Source: Trichodelitschia bisporula (lineage: Eukaryota). From it: a stretch of DNA of 64,000 bases. The notes under the pieces are model-generated. The model was not told the origin of the DNA. It did not search any database and saw nothing but the letters and a program-made list of their open reading frames with translations. Each line of letters opens with the position of its first letter. Position 1 is the stretch's first letter. A program made the position numbers and the translations under genes. This document shows, in pieces, positions 13,886 through 26,418 of this stretch. Location of the stretch: positions 809,420 through 873,419 of the forward strand of contig ML996690.1 of the NCBI GenBank assembly GCA_010356995.1. The letters are read 5' to 3'.

Positions 13886-14570
13886 ATGTTGCCCGGACTC
13901 TTCTTCGGCTTCTGGCGCATCGTCGAGATCATCACCCTAATCCCCATCGTCGGCATGCTAAGCTGGTTTGTCGACGGCTTCACCAAAGCCAACCAGCTCA
14001 CGCCCACCTACATCCTGGTCCTGTTCATCGTGTCCGTCCTCGCCGCCTGCTGGGCCGTCGCCACGCTTTTCATGTACCACCGCGCGCGCGGCGCAGGCGC
14101 CTTCGTCGCCTTCGTCGACCTACTCTTCGTGGGCGCACTCATCGCCGCCGTGTATGAACTCCGCGGCATCACGCGCGAGAGCTGCACGAGCTTCGGCACC
14201 AAGAACAGCAGTCTGTATTTCAGCCTCGGTCCATTCGGCGCCGTCGGGGTCTCGGCGAATAACCACCTCGCAATTCATCTGAACAAGACATGTAGCATGC
14301 TTAAAGCGTGCTTTGCGTTGGGAATTATGAATATTATCTTTTTCTCCTTCACCACGGTAAGTTGAAAGTCAAGCTTTTGAGTGGGGTTTCAAATACTGAT
14401 ACGACCAGTTCCTTGCTCTCTGGGTCGGCCACCACAACCGCGACAAATACCAGGAGCGCCGCGTCTCGCGCCAAACCTCGTATCGCTCTTCAAGCCGCGG
14501 ACATACGAGCCCGCGCCGCTCGCACCACAGCACGCGGCACAGCAGCAGGACGCGGCATGCGTACGTCTAG
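13886..14570 (+). CDS. MARVEL-domain / membrane-associating four-TM protein; intron 14357-14408
   Basis: CAACC-ATG start; four hydrophobic helices (IVEIITLIPIVGMLSWFV, YILVLFIVSVLAACWAVATLF, AFVAFVDLLFVGALIAAVY, CSMLKACFALGIMNIIFF); spliced Arg/Ser/His-rich tail ends at TAG 14568-14570. Confidence 0.85.
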
Positions 14571-16074
14571 TGGCCTCGGGGCGGCTAGTACATGGAACTT
14601 GTCTATAGTGTCTAATGGAGGAGAGGAGGAATGTGTACAGCGCAAAATACGTGGGTATGTCTGCTTTATTCCGATATTTCAAGCGTCGGGGCGGATTCGG
14701 TCGGGTTTTGGAGCGAGAATATCGCTATGGGTTATGGGATACGGGATATTGACGGCTATGGTTCGGGTTCGGGTGGGGGATAGATAGGACGAGCTCTCGA
14801 GAGGCGGGGGCCATTGATACCATCATGATTATGAATTGCGACGGACTGTCTCCACACATGCCAAGTCCATTATGTCATTATGAATGCGACTACTGCCTCC
14901 ACACATGCTATTCTATACACATCATCCTCCGTCTCCGTCTGCGTCTTTAATATCCTACAATATATACAGTATGTCGTGACTCACTCACTCCCGCCACTCC
15001 AATTCTTCACGCAAAGCTCGAATGATCCCGCCAGGGCTTTCTCGCGACACGCCCACCGTCGCGCACGCGGGTCCCGGATCGAGGTTGATGGATGAAGAGC
15101 GTCGTTTGCCGGGGTAGTTGGATTGAGGATGCGGGTCTGGGCCCGAGAGCGAGATGGAGGAGGTGCGCATGGGGAGGGGCATGCTGGATGTGTTGGGGTA
15201 GGGCGTGAGAGTGGGGAAGGCGCGATGAGGTTTGTTGAGCTGAGCTGAGGTAGTAGCGTTCGAGGGTTTGAGGAAGCGGCGATTCAAGGTTGAGGAAGTA
15301 GCGATGGGATGTAAAATGGTACATAGGTACTTCCCAGGGGGAGTCACCTCCGCAAATATATCCCCCCCACACCCCAACCCCAATCGCCATCCCATCCCAC
15401 TCCTGACGTATGCTGGCATTCACTCGCACGATCTCCCCTCCCCTCCTCACCCCAACGGGGGCAACCTAGTGGTGTACCACCACCCCGATAAGGCGAGCAC
15501 GCCAGCGCCCATCAACCAGTGCGACGTAGTAGTCTCTGCTCACCGAACCCAAAAAGGCCTTGCGGGAACGGGATCGACCCCGCGGGAAACACTTGTGGGG
15601 GAAGCGGGCGGAAGGGGTGGGGTCGGTGTGGGGTCGGGGCGGCCGTGCGGGCCGATCATGACGTCCTAGGGGGGATCGGCTAGCGGTGGACCAACGCCGG
15701 ATGCGATTTCGGCGGCAGGATGATGTTCGGAGCGGGATGTATCTTTGAGTCTAGCTCTAGATTTGGGTTCTTCGGGGTGCCTATCAGTTGGCAGGGACTA
15801 GATGGAAGTGGGTGGATTCCGCTCTTGACGTCACTAATTCACGGCACACGAAGCTCAGTCCGTCGTTCAAGACATTAGAATTTCTCCCCCACCAGGCGGA
15901 AAGGCGTCTAACGCTCAGATCACTCGAACGCAAACCCACCATGCAATCAAATGCCCCAAATCCTAGCCCGAAAAAAAAACCCGCGCCAGACACCCGTTCC
16001 CCACTGATAGATCCCCATCAAAAAGTCCCCATGCACAAACTTCCATGTCCCATCGCACTCAAACCACCTCACAT

Positions 16075-17212
16075 CTACCCCTGATGCCTGAAAGGCTCAT
16101 ACGCCGTCTCACGCCCCTTGTAAGGACTGCTTCCACCAGGCATCGCCCCCATCGCATACCCCTGCTGCGGCGTACCATGCGCGCCATTCCCCTCCAGCGG
16201 CTGGTACCCACGGCTGCCCGAACCAAAGGCCGGCATGAGGCCGACGCTCTCGCCCTTCTCCGCAGCGCTCTTCTTCCCGCTCTTCCCGCTCTTGCGGTCC
16301 GACTTGCCGGAGCAGCAGCAGGTAGAAATGGTCCAGAAGAGGCCCGCGCCGAAGGAGAAGGCGAAGGCAATCCAGTCGAGGGCGAGCATCCTCGTGCCAA
16401 CGGTCATGTGGATGTCGTAGTCCTTGAGCGCGGTGTTGAGGGTGCCGACGAGGGTGGAGAAGAGGATTGTGGAGGTCAGGGCGGCGAGGAAGGTGAAGAG
16501 CGAGGCAACCTGAGACCGTCAGTTAGTGATGGCTCCTGGGAGGGGGAGATGGGCACGTACCGAGGCTGCAATCGACGTAACGCAGCTGCCCCAGCGCGAG
16601 AAGATGGCGAACACGCCGGTGAAGACGTTGACGATCGTCGCAATGAGCGCAACGACGTACACAACGAACATCCACGTGCTCGCCTTGGTGTACGCCGCCA
16701 GGCCCTTCTTCACATCGTCGGGGACAACGCTGCTAGCCACCGTGCCGTTCAGGCCCCACACAGCCAGCGGATCGAAGGCGAAGCGCGACTGGCGCGGGCT
16801 GCAGTAGGTGAGCTTCTCCGCACCTATGGTGCCATTGCTGTGCGATCCCGTGCAGTAGTTCCACAGGTAGATGTAGTACTCGTCCGCGAGCTTCTGGTCG
16901 TGGAAAGCTTGCTTGAGGGCGTCGCCTAGCGCGGTAGTGCCGATCTTGTTACCGAGCAGCTTGCCGATTTGTGACCGGTCGTCTGTGATGTTGTTCTTGA
17001 AGGCAGTGAAGTCGGCCTGGGATTGTCTGTTAGCTTTGCGGTTCTCTGAGGATTTAAGGGTGTGGGTGGCGGACCTTGAAGTACCACAGCGACCGCAGGT
17101 TGGCGTCGCCCTTGTTCTGTCCGCCCAGGAAGATAACGACAATGCAGATGAGCGACGCAAGCGTCAGTGCCATAGGCACGAAGATGCACGCGAATCGGCC
17201 AGCTTTCCCCAT
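16075..17212 (-). CDS. SUR7/PalI family membrane protein; introns 17017-17074 and 16510-16560
   Basis: MGKAGRFACIFVPMALTLASLICIVVIFLGG; YYIYLWNYCTG; three further TM segments; FWTISTCCCSG; C-terminal AYEPFRH. Confidence 0.9.
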
Positions 17213-19519
17213 AATGACGGTTGTGTGGATGCTCTCAAGCTTCAAGTTTCTCTCGCTAGGCCGTGGCTTAGGAAATGGTGTTCCGGGAAAAGGGCGGCGA
17301 CGGACACAGCAAACAAAGACTGCAGAGCGAGCCAAGTATAAATCCCACAAACAGTAGTCGTCCGACAACGAAGCAGGCGCCAACAACGAGCGAGGAATGG
17401 TCAAAAAGACGGTAAGCAGCAGGAATATGCAACCCCTCAGGCCCACCCCCGAATATATGTAGCTTACTACCAGTGGAGATTGGCTCCGTAGAGGGCTGAG
17501 GTGAGCCCAGCCGCCTTTTTCCCTTCACCCCTCCCCTCCACTCCGCCCAGCCGCACTAACCAGGCTTGCGGTTAGCCACCACCTTCTGCCCGCAGATGCT
17601 GGCCAACACAGCCACGACCCTGACGTCGGCCCGTTGCACCGCCTCGCTGGGCGTGCCGCTCCTCCATCCTCTATCACCGATAGTTGTGAAGTCCGACAAC
17701 CGCGCAGAAGCACAAGCTCAAAGCCTATAGCAACAGAAAGACCTTCTGAATGAAGCACAAAGTACTGCATTGTGGAACAACGCAGGCAATCAACTATCCT
17801 CTCAAACCCCGCGCAAACTGCATACAATATGCACATTTCAGCCCCTCTGCAAAACTCAGCCCCAGCTGGAACCCCAACACCAACAGCCCCGCCCAGCTCT
17901 CCAAAAACCTACCAGTCCGTCAAACAGAAACGCGCACACGCCCAACCCCACTCCAAGTAAACACTCGACCCAGATGCAGCAGCGATTAACCTCGCGATCC
18001 TCCCGTCACTACGTAAGCAGCCTCTCACTACCGTACAGTAACCCCTCCGCTCTCACAGCGCCGCACAGATGCCAACGCGGCGCCACGCGTGGCTGGGCCT
18101 GCTAGGCTGATGTTCCCGTTACCAACACCCGCGCCAAAAATAGCCGGGGCCAGACCACCATTTGCGCAGTCCTGCACACATCCCACATCCCACATCCCAC
18201 CACGCTCCCTTTCCGCATCCGAGCGCAAGGCTCTCGAGAAAAGAGGCAGACACTGCGCCGAGAAAAGGACCACATTGGGCAAATTAACGGGAAATAACTG
18301 AGCGCCTGGGTGAGAAGGCGGATGACAGGCGTTTGTGAAAGGATGTGATGCCGTCAGCATCACCGTTGGCCTAAGGCGCCCGCTTGCCATTTAGCGGCGG
18401 GAGGGAGCTGAAGATACACGGATTTGATATTATGTACATCCGTACTGTGGTGTCTCTGTGCGGTATCAACTCCGCAGCCCGGTAGGGTGTATCGCCGATG
18501 CTCATTGCCACTTCGGGAAGACCCGTCCGGCTGCCGGCACACCGGCATGAGGCCGAGTGGTTGGGCGAACCGAGACGCCGTGCCAGAGGCGCATATATAT
18601 ACTACCCGAGTCCCCCAGACCCAGATTCTCGACGGAGAAGGCACATTCCCAAGCATCGCAGCAAAATTGTAGGCCAAGAGGTTGAACGGACAAGACTCAG
18701 GAGGCTAAGCAAACGCAAAGCCTCACAAAGCCCACTCAATTGCGCGTGTGGTATATAGCAAACCACCCCCACCCACTCCATTTCATCTTCCCAAGGAAGA
18801 CGGACACTGCCTGAGCCCGACCAACAGAGTATAAATCCAAATGTGCGCCAGATAAATGCCCTAAATACGCCAAATGCCCAAGTCGCTCAGCCGCTGGGTA
18901 TTCACTCCGCACAAACAGCCCGCTCTGAAGCAGGGCCGCTGGGTATCAGCTCCGCACACGCAGTCCTGCCGCCTTGCAGCGAACCTTCCATCTCCAAAGA
19001 TGTTTAAGAAAATGTTCAGCAACGACGTTCATGATGACCAATCATTGAGGACCCCACCTCCCAGCGGCGGCCCTGTCCCAATCGTTTGTAGATTCATTAG
19101 GACGTCGATCAACCATGCCCCTTCATCTCCGCATGTACTTTCAAGATTCGTCGACAAGATCCCCAACTCCGGGTCGCGCTTGATGCCCCAACTCTGGCGA
19201 TGCAGTTGCAATGGTGAACAACAAAAAAAGGGGGTAGCAAGTCGAAGAGCTTCTTTATAGCGGTGCCCGTCGAAGAAATATTTCTCGGTACTCGGTAACG
19301 GCGTCCGCGGCGTGGCGTCGTAACACCAGCAGCACATGGTGAATGATACTGGTGAGACGGGCTGGTAGTCGAGTGCCAATCGGCCTATGGCTGAAAGAAG
19401 CTTCGATCGCAAAGTAATCGATAATAGTTGTGGATAACGGTGGTTCGAAGAAGTGTCTTCAACGTGGATGCTGGTCGTGGGGTCCGCGATTGCGTGGATC
19501 TATATTTGCAGATCTCTGA

Positions 19520-20852
19520 CTACTCGTCTCGCCTGGACCCGTTAGTACCACTCCAGACTTCCAAGACAGACCAAAACATACTATCCTGTTGCGCCTCGGC
19601 CGCCTTTTGCGAACTTGCGTCCGAACTTCCGTCCGAACGCGAGCGAACTGGCATTGTAATCGGCCGCCAGAGGTCCATGCGGCAAATCTGGTCAACCAGA
19701 GCCGTTGTGATGCACCTTCGCAGTTCCACCTGCTCCCGCATGTCCTCGCGCTGCAAGTTGAACTTCTCCTGCTTAGGCAAGTTTTTGCGCAGGTGTGCGC
19801 GAATCTCGGCCAGTATGTAAAGCAGTACAGGCTCGGGACAGCGTTCCCGGGGTAGTCCAAAGCGTGTAAAGTCGCGTACATATTGCGGCGTCACGTCCAT
19901 GACGCCATCGACAGAAAAGGCGATGCAGTAGCCAAGGCGCCAGCCCCAACCTGAGATGTTAGTTCAGCAACGAGAAACGGAGGCGTGAAAACGTACCCTC
20001 GGTGTACATAAGCGGCTGGTTCCACCTGTTCTCAACGGGATCGACATGGATCCAGCGCTTGCGTTGTTGCGAATAGACCTCAAGCCAGAGGTAGTCCTCC
20101 GAGTTCCACACCCAGCGCACACGCGCATTCATTGCTCGGCACAGCATGCCAAAGCAATTTACCCACTCGCCGACACGACCGCGGCGCGCCTCGAGTAGCA
20201 CAAAAGGATTGCCGTAGCGCGGGAAGCGCACATAAGCGGCGCAGTTGACGCACTGGTACAACTCAACGGAAAGAGCGCTTTTTTCCCATTCCGCATCGAG
20301 CGGGGCGGCCTTGCCGACAGGGACAGTCCCGCCGCCGCAGGCCGTGCAGTGCGGGTTGTTGACCCATTGGAAGAACTCCTCCTTGAACCATTTAGATAAC
20401 GCACGGAGGAGGCAGTCCTGGTAGTCCCAGTCGGGCGCCCGGCCATGACCCAGGCTCTGTGCCTCGGCGAGCAGCAACTGCATTTGGTCCTCGGCCTCCT
20501 CGTGGAGTCGCCTCATGGGAACAACATTCAGCGCTTGGTCGAGCAAGCCTGGGTTTTCCCACTCGGACGGAACGGCAGTGCATCCGTGTAGCACACTGCG
20601 GAAGTGTAACGAGCGCCTGTCCTTCGGTGGTGTCGGAATCATGGGAAGGTTGCGAATCGAGGCGGCGTAGGAGGGCGGCGGACCGGATTGCGAGTCCATT
20701 GCGGCCATGTGCCGCTTGTTGCTACCACGTTGCGCCAGTTCATTCATGCGCTTTGTGCTGAGCATGCGACGATACTGTTTTGTGAGCGTGCTGGCCCACG
20801 AGGCGACAGGCACCTGTTCATATTGTGTCGAGCGAGAAGAGGTAGAAGACAT
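19520..20852 (-). CDS. PNG1: Peptide:N-glycanase ortholog (transglutaminase fold) with substituted catalytic residues; intron 19951-19996
   Basis: WENPGLLDQAL, WFKEEFFQWVNNPHCTAC, VELYQCVNC, RFPRY, RRGRVGEWVNCF, WNSEDYLWLEVYS, WIHVDPVE, then spliced GWGWRLGYCIAFSVDGVMDVTPQYVR. Confidence 0.93.
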
Positions 20853-21237
20853 GGTGACCGACGGGATCCGGGTGGTAGTGCGCAGAGAGGCGCCTCCGTT
20901 CGGCCGCGCGGTCGCCGGGTTGAAGTGGAAGTTGTAGGAATGGAGCAGAGTTGAGGTGCGGTGCGAACCGAAGTTTGATTTACAGTCAGGAAGCTGTCGA
21001 CCTGTTACTGAATACGCGGAGTAGGTATGCGCGAAAATGTGGCAAGCAGATGCTAGTAACGTCCAAAGAATATGCAAAAGGGAGCGGATGATATTTTGGT
21101 GAAGGTCCTTGGTTACGGATGGGATGGTTGTAGTGGTGTTTAGGAGGGAGGATGCGCAGAAAGAGAGACGAGACAGCAAGTGGTATGCGTCTTGCACTTC
21201 TCTTTGACCGGGGGTGGGTGGTGGTGGGCGGCGAGGG

Positions 21238-21275
21238 CGAGAGAGAAGAGAGAGAGAGAAGAGAGAGAGAGAGAG
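21238..21275. repeat. Interrupted (GA)n/(TC)n microsatellite upstream of PNG1
   Basis: gagagagaagagagagagagaagagagagagagaga seen directly. Confidence 0.9.
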
Positions 21276-23431
21276 ATGGCGACTCACCATTTTCTTTCTC
21301 ACTCTGCTTGTGCAGCCAAGCGGGCCCATCTCTACGACGCACAGACAACTCCTACGTGCAGTCAAAGTTGTTGCGTCGCAAGCCCCGCGCAAAGGGCAAA
21401 GCGACAAAGTGGCAGGTGCGGCCAGGTGACGCGGCCAAGCTTGGCAGAGAGGTGGAAGGAACGATGCTTGAATTTCGTGGCTCTTGTTGCTTGTCTGCTT
21501 TGGTGGTCGTTCTTTCTGTCTTTCTGACCACGTTCTCTGACCACGTTCCCCAACGCTCCAAGACCCTTATGCGTGTTGTCCCTCAACGGCTTCATGTTCT
21601 CATCGTCAAACCCCCTTCTACATCCGTATTCAGACCTCACAACTTCGTCCCTTCGCATCTCTCCTCTCGAGGAAACATTAACATCATCCATAAGCTCCGC
21701 CCTCCTCCCTCCCCGTCCCCCCCCCCCAGCCCGCAGGGACGCGTGTGCTCTGCCTTGGCAACTAGTCCCGAAGTGGGGAGAGACGGGCTTGGCAGGCTTC
21801 CCGCAGAGGCTCAGCGCGCTCAGCCTGCGACACCAACGAGACCGTGTCTTAATTAACGACGACGACGACGACGAATTAATCTGTTTAATCTCCACAGATG
21901 CATCAAACGAGCTCTGCCCTTGCTTCCATTACTCTCGCAGTGATTGGGAAGACATCTTGTTCAAATTCGACTCCCTCCTCTTCTCAGCTTCGTAGATATC
22001 TCGCGCTCTCTTGTATCCATGTGCCTGTATCGTGGTGGCCGATCCCACCACGTTTTGGTAACGGCTGCGCCCGCCGACCGACTGTTCAAGCTCCACCATC
22101 TACCACAGCATGCGCATACCAGTCTCGAAGACCACGCAACATGCAAAGTACACCAAGTACATGCCCAGCAAAGCATACATATCAATCAACTGCAACCCTC
22201 CTCACTCATATGCAGCACGCAAGCAGTCGTCGTCGCCCTCCACGTCCGCATTTCCCCTCCGCTCTAGCCCGCACCGCGTCATCCTTCCCCCCATTGGTCC
22301 ATTTTCTCCTTCCCTCCACGCCCATGGCCCGACTCCGACATCCGCCCCCAACGGGCCCTTGGCATCTCAAGCCTTACGCCTGCACGCGTTGAATGTCTTG
22401 TCTCACTTTGCACGGACGTCAAAGGCCCTACGTGACGTGCTCTCCACATGTGAGGCTGGATTGCGTGGCCGAGCGCCCGTGGGCTGAACGCGATAATCGA
22501 TAAGCAAAAGACAGCAGATATCAGATATCATGCATCGGCCCTCCCCTCCAGCTTGCCTGCTTGTAGACGTCAGCTGCGAAATGGCTAGATCGAAAGAAGC
22601 TGCTATCAGTCCCCGAGACGCGCAGACACAGTCCCATCGCTGTCCCATCGCTGCCCCATCGCTGCCGCGCAAGTCATGGCCTCGCCATCCGATGATGTAC
22701 GCACGGTAGTACTGTACCCCCAAACTACGTATCCCATCGCACACGCGTAACCTCCGCTCTCCCCCACCCTCCTCGCCGCGTGTGCGCGGCACCAACTTAC
22801 TTACCACGTACCTGCATCCCATCCCCCAGCTCTCGCCTCGAGCCGCGCGACCGCGCGTCCAAACCCCACCGCCCCATCTCGCCTATCAGAATCTCGCCCG
22901 CCACGCAGAAAAAAAGGCGCCGCCATCCCGCACGCTGATCATGGCGTGGGCCGCGACTGCAGGTCGCCATGCCATCGGCACACGGGATTGGGGTGACGAC
23001 CGGGGCGGCCGGGGCGGTCGGGACGACCAGGCCTCGACCCCCGGGATGCTCCCTGGGGCCGGCACTTTGTTCCCGCTGGCTGTTTACCTGTGTTGAGAAG
23101 GAGATGATGCTGCATGGTCTGAGGGGGTGGTCCGTGGCGTGCTGCGATTGATTGCGGCTGGGGAGGGGATACGTACTGTCCAATTCGCGCACGCGCCGAC
23201 TGAGAGTCCGATGCTCGAGATAATTGCTGCATCGAAGGATTTCCGAATTGCACCTACCACGGGCCACGCTTCTAGAACATACGCCGCACGGTCCTGCAGT
23301 CCAGGCCATGATAGCCTGACTGATTGAATGAAGGCACGATAACTGGCCTTATCACCATTTGGCAAGCACAAGTCTCAATGGACACCCATCAATCTATTAC
23401 CTCATCGCCCAACCCTACAGTATCTACCCTC

Positions 23432-26128
23432 CTACCGAGCATGCGTGCCGACAAACCGCTCCGGCAGGTCCAACTCCCACCCGGGCCGCTCAATAAGCAC
23501 CACCTCAACCGCCCGCTCCCGTTTCCTTGGCTGCTTCGGGTCAACCACATCGACAAGCCCCAAAATCGGCCGAAACTTGTGCGTGTACCAAAACTGCAGC
23601 GGGCCGTCCTCGGCATCCGACTCCGCTTCGGCATCCCGATTTGAACCCCGCCGCCGCCGCACCACCGCCGTCTCCCCCTCGCTCTCCAAGCCCGCGCACT
23701 CTTCCGTTTCGTCCTGGCGCCTCCGCTTCACCTCTTTCCCCCCTGCGACTGTTCGCACGTCTTTGATCCCCTTGACCTCGTGTTCCCTTCTACGCCCTCC
23801 GGCGCCACTCTCCTCCCTCTTCCGCTTTCCCCCTACCAGCGGCGCATCATCTTTGGTATGGACGGGAGGAAAGTCCTGCGCCATGTCAAACATGTAAACC
23901 CAGCTCGTACCATACACCCAAAGCCGCTCCCAATCCCGCGTGACATGCCACACAGCACCCATGGCCCGGTCTAAGATCATGCGGAACCGCTGCGGTAGGT
24001 TGCTGCCAGGAGCATTGCGCCGCGACCAGTTGGTCAACCGACCGCCGGCAAGGTCCAGTTCATAAAGGTTGTGTTGTGCAGTCAGTACGACGAGGCGGTA
24101 TGGCAACTCGTCGTCTGGGGCGGAATGTTCATCATCGGAAGTGTCGGACGAGGCTTCATCATGGTCAGCTTCACCATGCCCACAGCATGCGTCGGCGCAG
24201 CGTTTAAAGGGTCGAGGATTGGGCCGGAAGGTCAGAACTAAGGGAGCTGAGTCGAGTTTGGGAAGAAGCTTGGCCGTAGGGTTAAGCGACCAGGAGAGTC
24301 CGAATACGGCGGGTGTGGCAGCGGCATCATCATCCTCATCGTCGCTGTCTTCTTCCTCCTCCTGCTGCTGCAATGTACCGTTGCTTGCAACGGGCGCAAA
24401 CTCTGGGCCCCCGATCTCCTCCCCGCTCATTACCCAGCTGTCAATGTACCCTGACAGATCGCTAGCTGCAAGCATGCATCCATCGGGTGAAAATTGCATC
24501 CTCGTTACCATACGAAGGTAGTCACCCAGAGCGGTGTCGCCACGCTCCTTGCTCGCGGGACGTGTTAGACGGGTAAGGCGGAGAACGTGGGGCACAATCC
24601 GAGTGCCACGCTCTGTGTTGCCCAAGCAGACGAGAGAGATGCCTTTAGGCCCCGCCATGGCGAGCCATCGGACATCAGGAGAAAATTGAACAAGAGAAGC
24701 ACCCGGCAGCGGCACTTCACTCTCCACGCGGCGGACGCGCAGCGAGTCATCAGTTGTCGAGCGTACAGTAAGGCGGAATACTTTGACTTCTGCTGCTGAA
24801 GCAACGGCCAGGAGAGTTCCGTCTGGGGTGATGGCAGCGCTGGTGATACTCTCCTCGCCTTTGAGCGTCATTTGCGCAGCTAGCTTGTGGACTCTGCCCT
24901 CCGTTGTTGCCTTGTGCGGCTTGACATGCCATATGCTGATTTGGCGTTCCCACCAGCTCACAATACAGCGTGCCGAAGAAGCGCTCGCAACGGGAGGTGT
25001 CTGTGGAAGGCCGGAGACTTGACGGTGGTTTTCGAGCCAAATTCCCCGAACAGGGACGATGACGAGGTTCGTATCCAGTCCTGCTAGGGTCAGCCACGAT
25101 CAGGACAGAATGAAACACGCACCTCCTGAAGCCATAATGCTCAACGACTTGCTCTCAAATGTTGCTAATGCCTTCACATCGTGCTCATGGTACACCCTGT
25201 GCGAAGCATGTGCCCACTTCCGCTTTCCGGAGTTGTTGTAGATTGTCGTTCGCCGATCCATGCCTGTACTACAGACGAGCTTCCCATCTTTACTCGTGGC
25301 AATGTCAAGGATATCTGCCTCATGGCCCGCGATGCGTTGGTACTGTGAGTAGTTGCTCCCGTCAAAAAATCGCACCTCGCCGGTGGAGTCTCCAGACACG
25401 ATGTCGCCATTTGGCAAGCATTTGACAGCCCAGACAAGGATATCTCGGGGTCCACCTTTCGGCGCACCACCCAGTGTGACATTCCGTATCAGCGAGCCGT
25501 TTCGAATGTCGTATACGCGAATCGTGCTGTCCGCATATCCTGCAACCACCGTATCGCGGTTTTGGAACGTGATACTGAGCGTCCTGGCTTTCTTCGCTGT
25601 TGGGCGGGCAAGGAACTTTTGGAACACGAGGTCATCGTCTGCTGTCGAGATCACTGCCACAGTCCCATCCGCACAACCGCCCACAAGATTTTGGCCTTGC
25701 CATTCACCCCCCTTCGCTTTGCGCCAGCGCGGCTGTGCGGCCAAACACCAGACCTCGCTGTGGTTGCCGCTAGAGTGTCTCCTCGGGAGGCCGGTACCCA
25801 GGTCCCATTCGGTGACAGTACTCGAGTACCCGATGCTGAACAAGCGCAACGCGCCTGAGCTGGTCTTGCCCTTGCTGTCTATGACATCCTCCTCTTGTAT
25901 CCAAGCTAGACCCTCGACGCTCCGATCCTTGCCGCCGCGGAATGTTGTCTCGTGCACCCAAGCGCCATTCGCGGGGTTCCAAATCTCGATGTCACCGTTG
26001 GCGCGTCCAACCGCAAGACGTAGACTGTTCGTATGGTGGCCGAGCTCTTCTCCCGTAGAATGAGAAAAGGCTAGGGCGTTGATGGCCGAGGAGGGATAGG
26101 GAACGAATCTGGAGCGGTGGACGTCCAT
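23432..26128 (-). CDS. UTP4: U3 snoRNA-associated WD40 protein Utp4 (cirhin); intron 25081-25122
   Basis: MDVHRSRFVPYPSSAINALAFSH...LRLAVGRANGDIEIWNP N-terminus; WD repeats; C-terminal FWYTHKFRPILG...EVVLIERP; intron joins MASG-GLDTNLVIVP in frame. Confidence 0.94.
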
Positions 26129-26418
26129 TGTGGAAATTCCAAGTGGGGAATTAAGCCTTTATGCGACTAAAGGTCATGACAGATCAAGGACCCGGATGAG
26201 GATAGCAAGCGAAGAAGTGCTGGAGCGAATAGGCGTAACAGGGCTGAGGTTGGTTGAGCATCGGGGAGCGCAGAATAATTTCTGGACGCCAAGATTTCGC
26301 GGAAAAATGAGACGGCGGGCGACGCGCTGCGGGAACTTTTTTTCTCAAGGCGCATCCATATCCATACAGCCTTCAACCATTCCCACTCTCTGTCTTCCAA
26401 CATCACATCACCGCTACC
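26129..26418. promoter_or_regulatory. 290-bp bidirectional promoter region, UTP4/NOP7
   Basis: Head-to-head ATGs at 26128 and 26419; GATGAG (PAC core) 26195-26200; GAACTTTTTTT (RRPE-like) from 26333. Confidence 0.7.

Noticed and set aside
21849..21880. (GAC)n run flanked by AATTAA
   Set aside because: Too short to be more than a microsatellite; no element structure.
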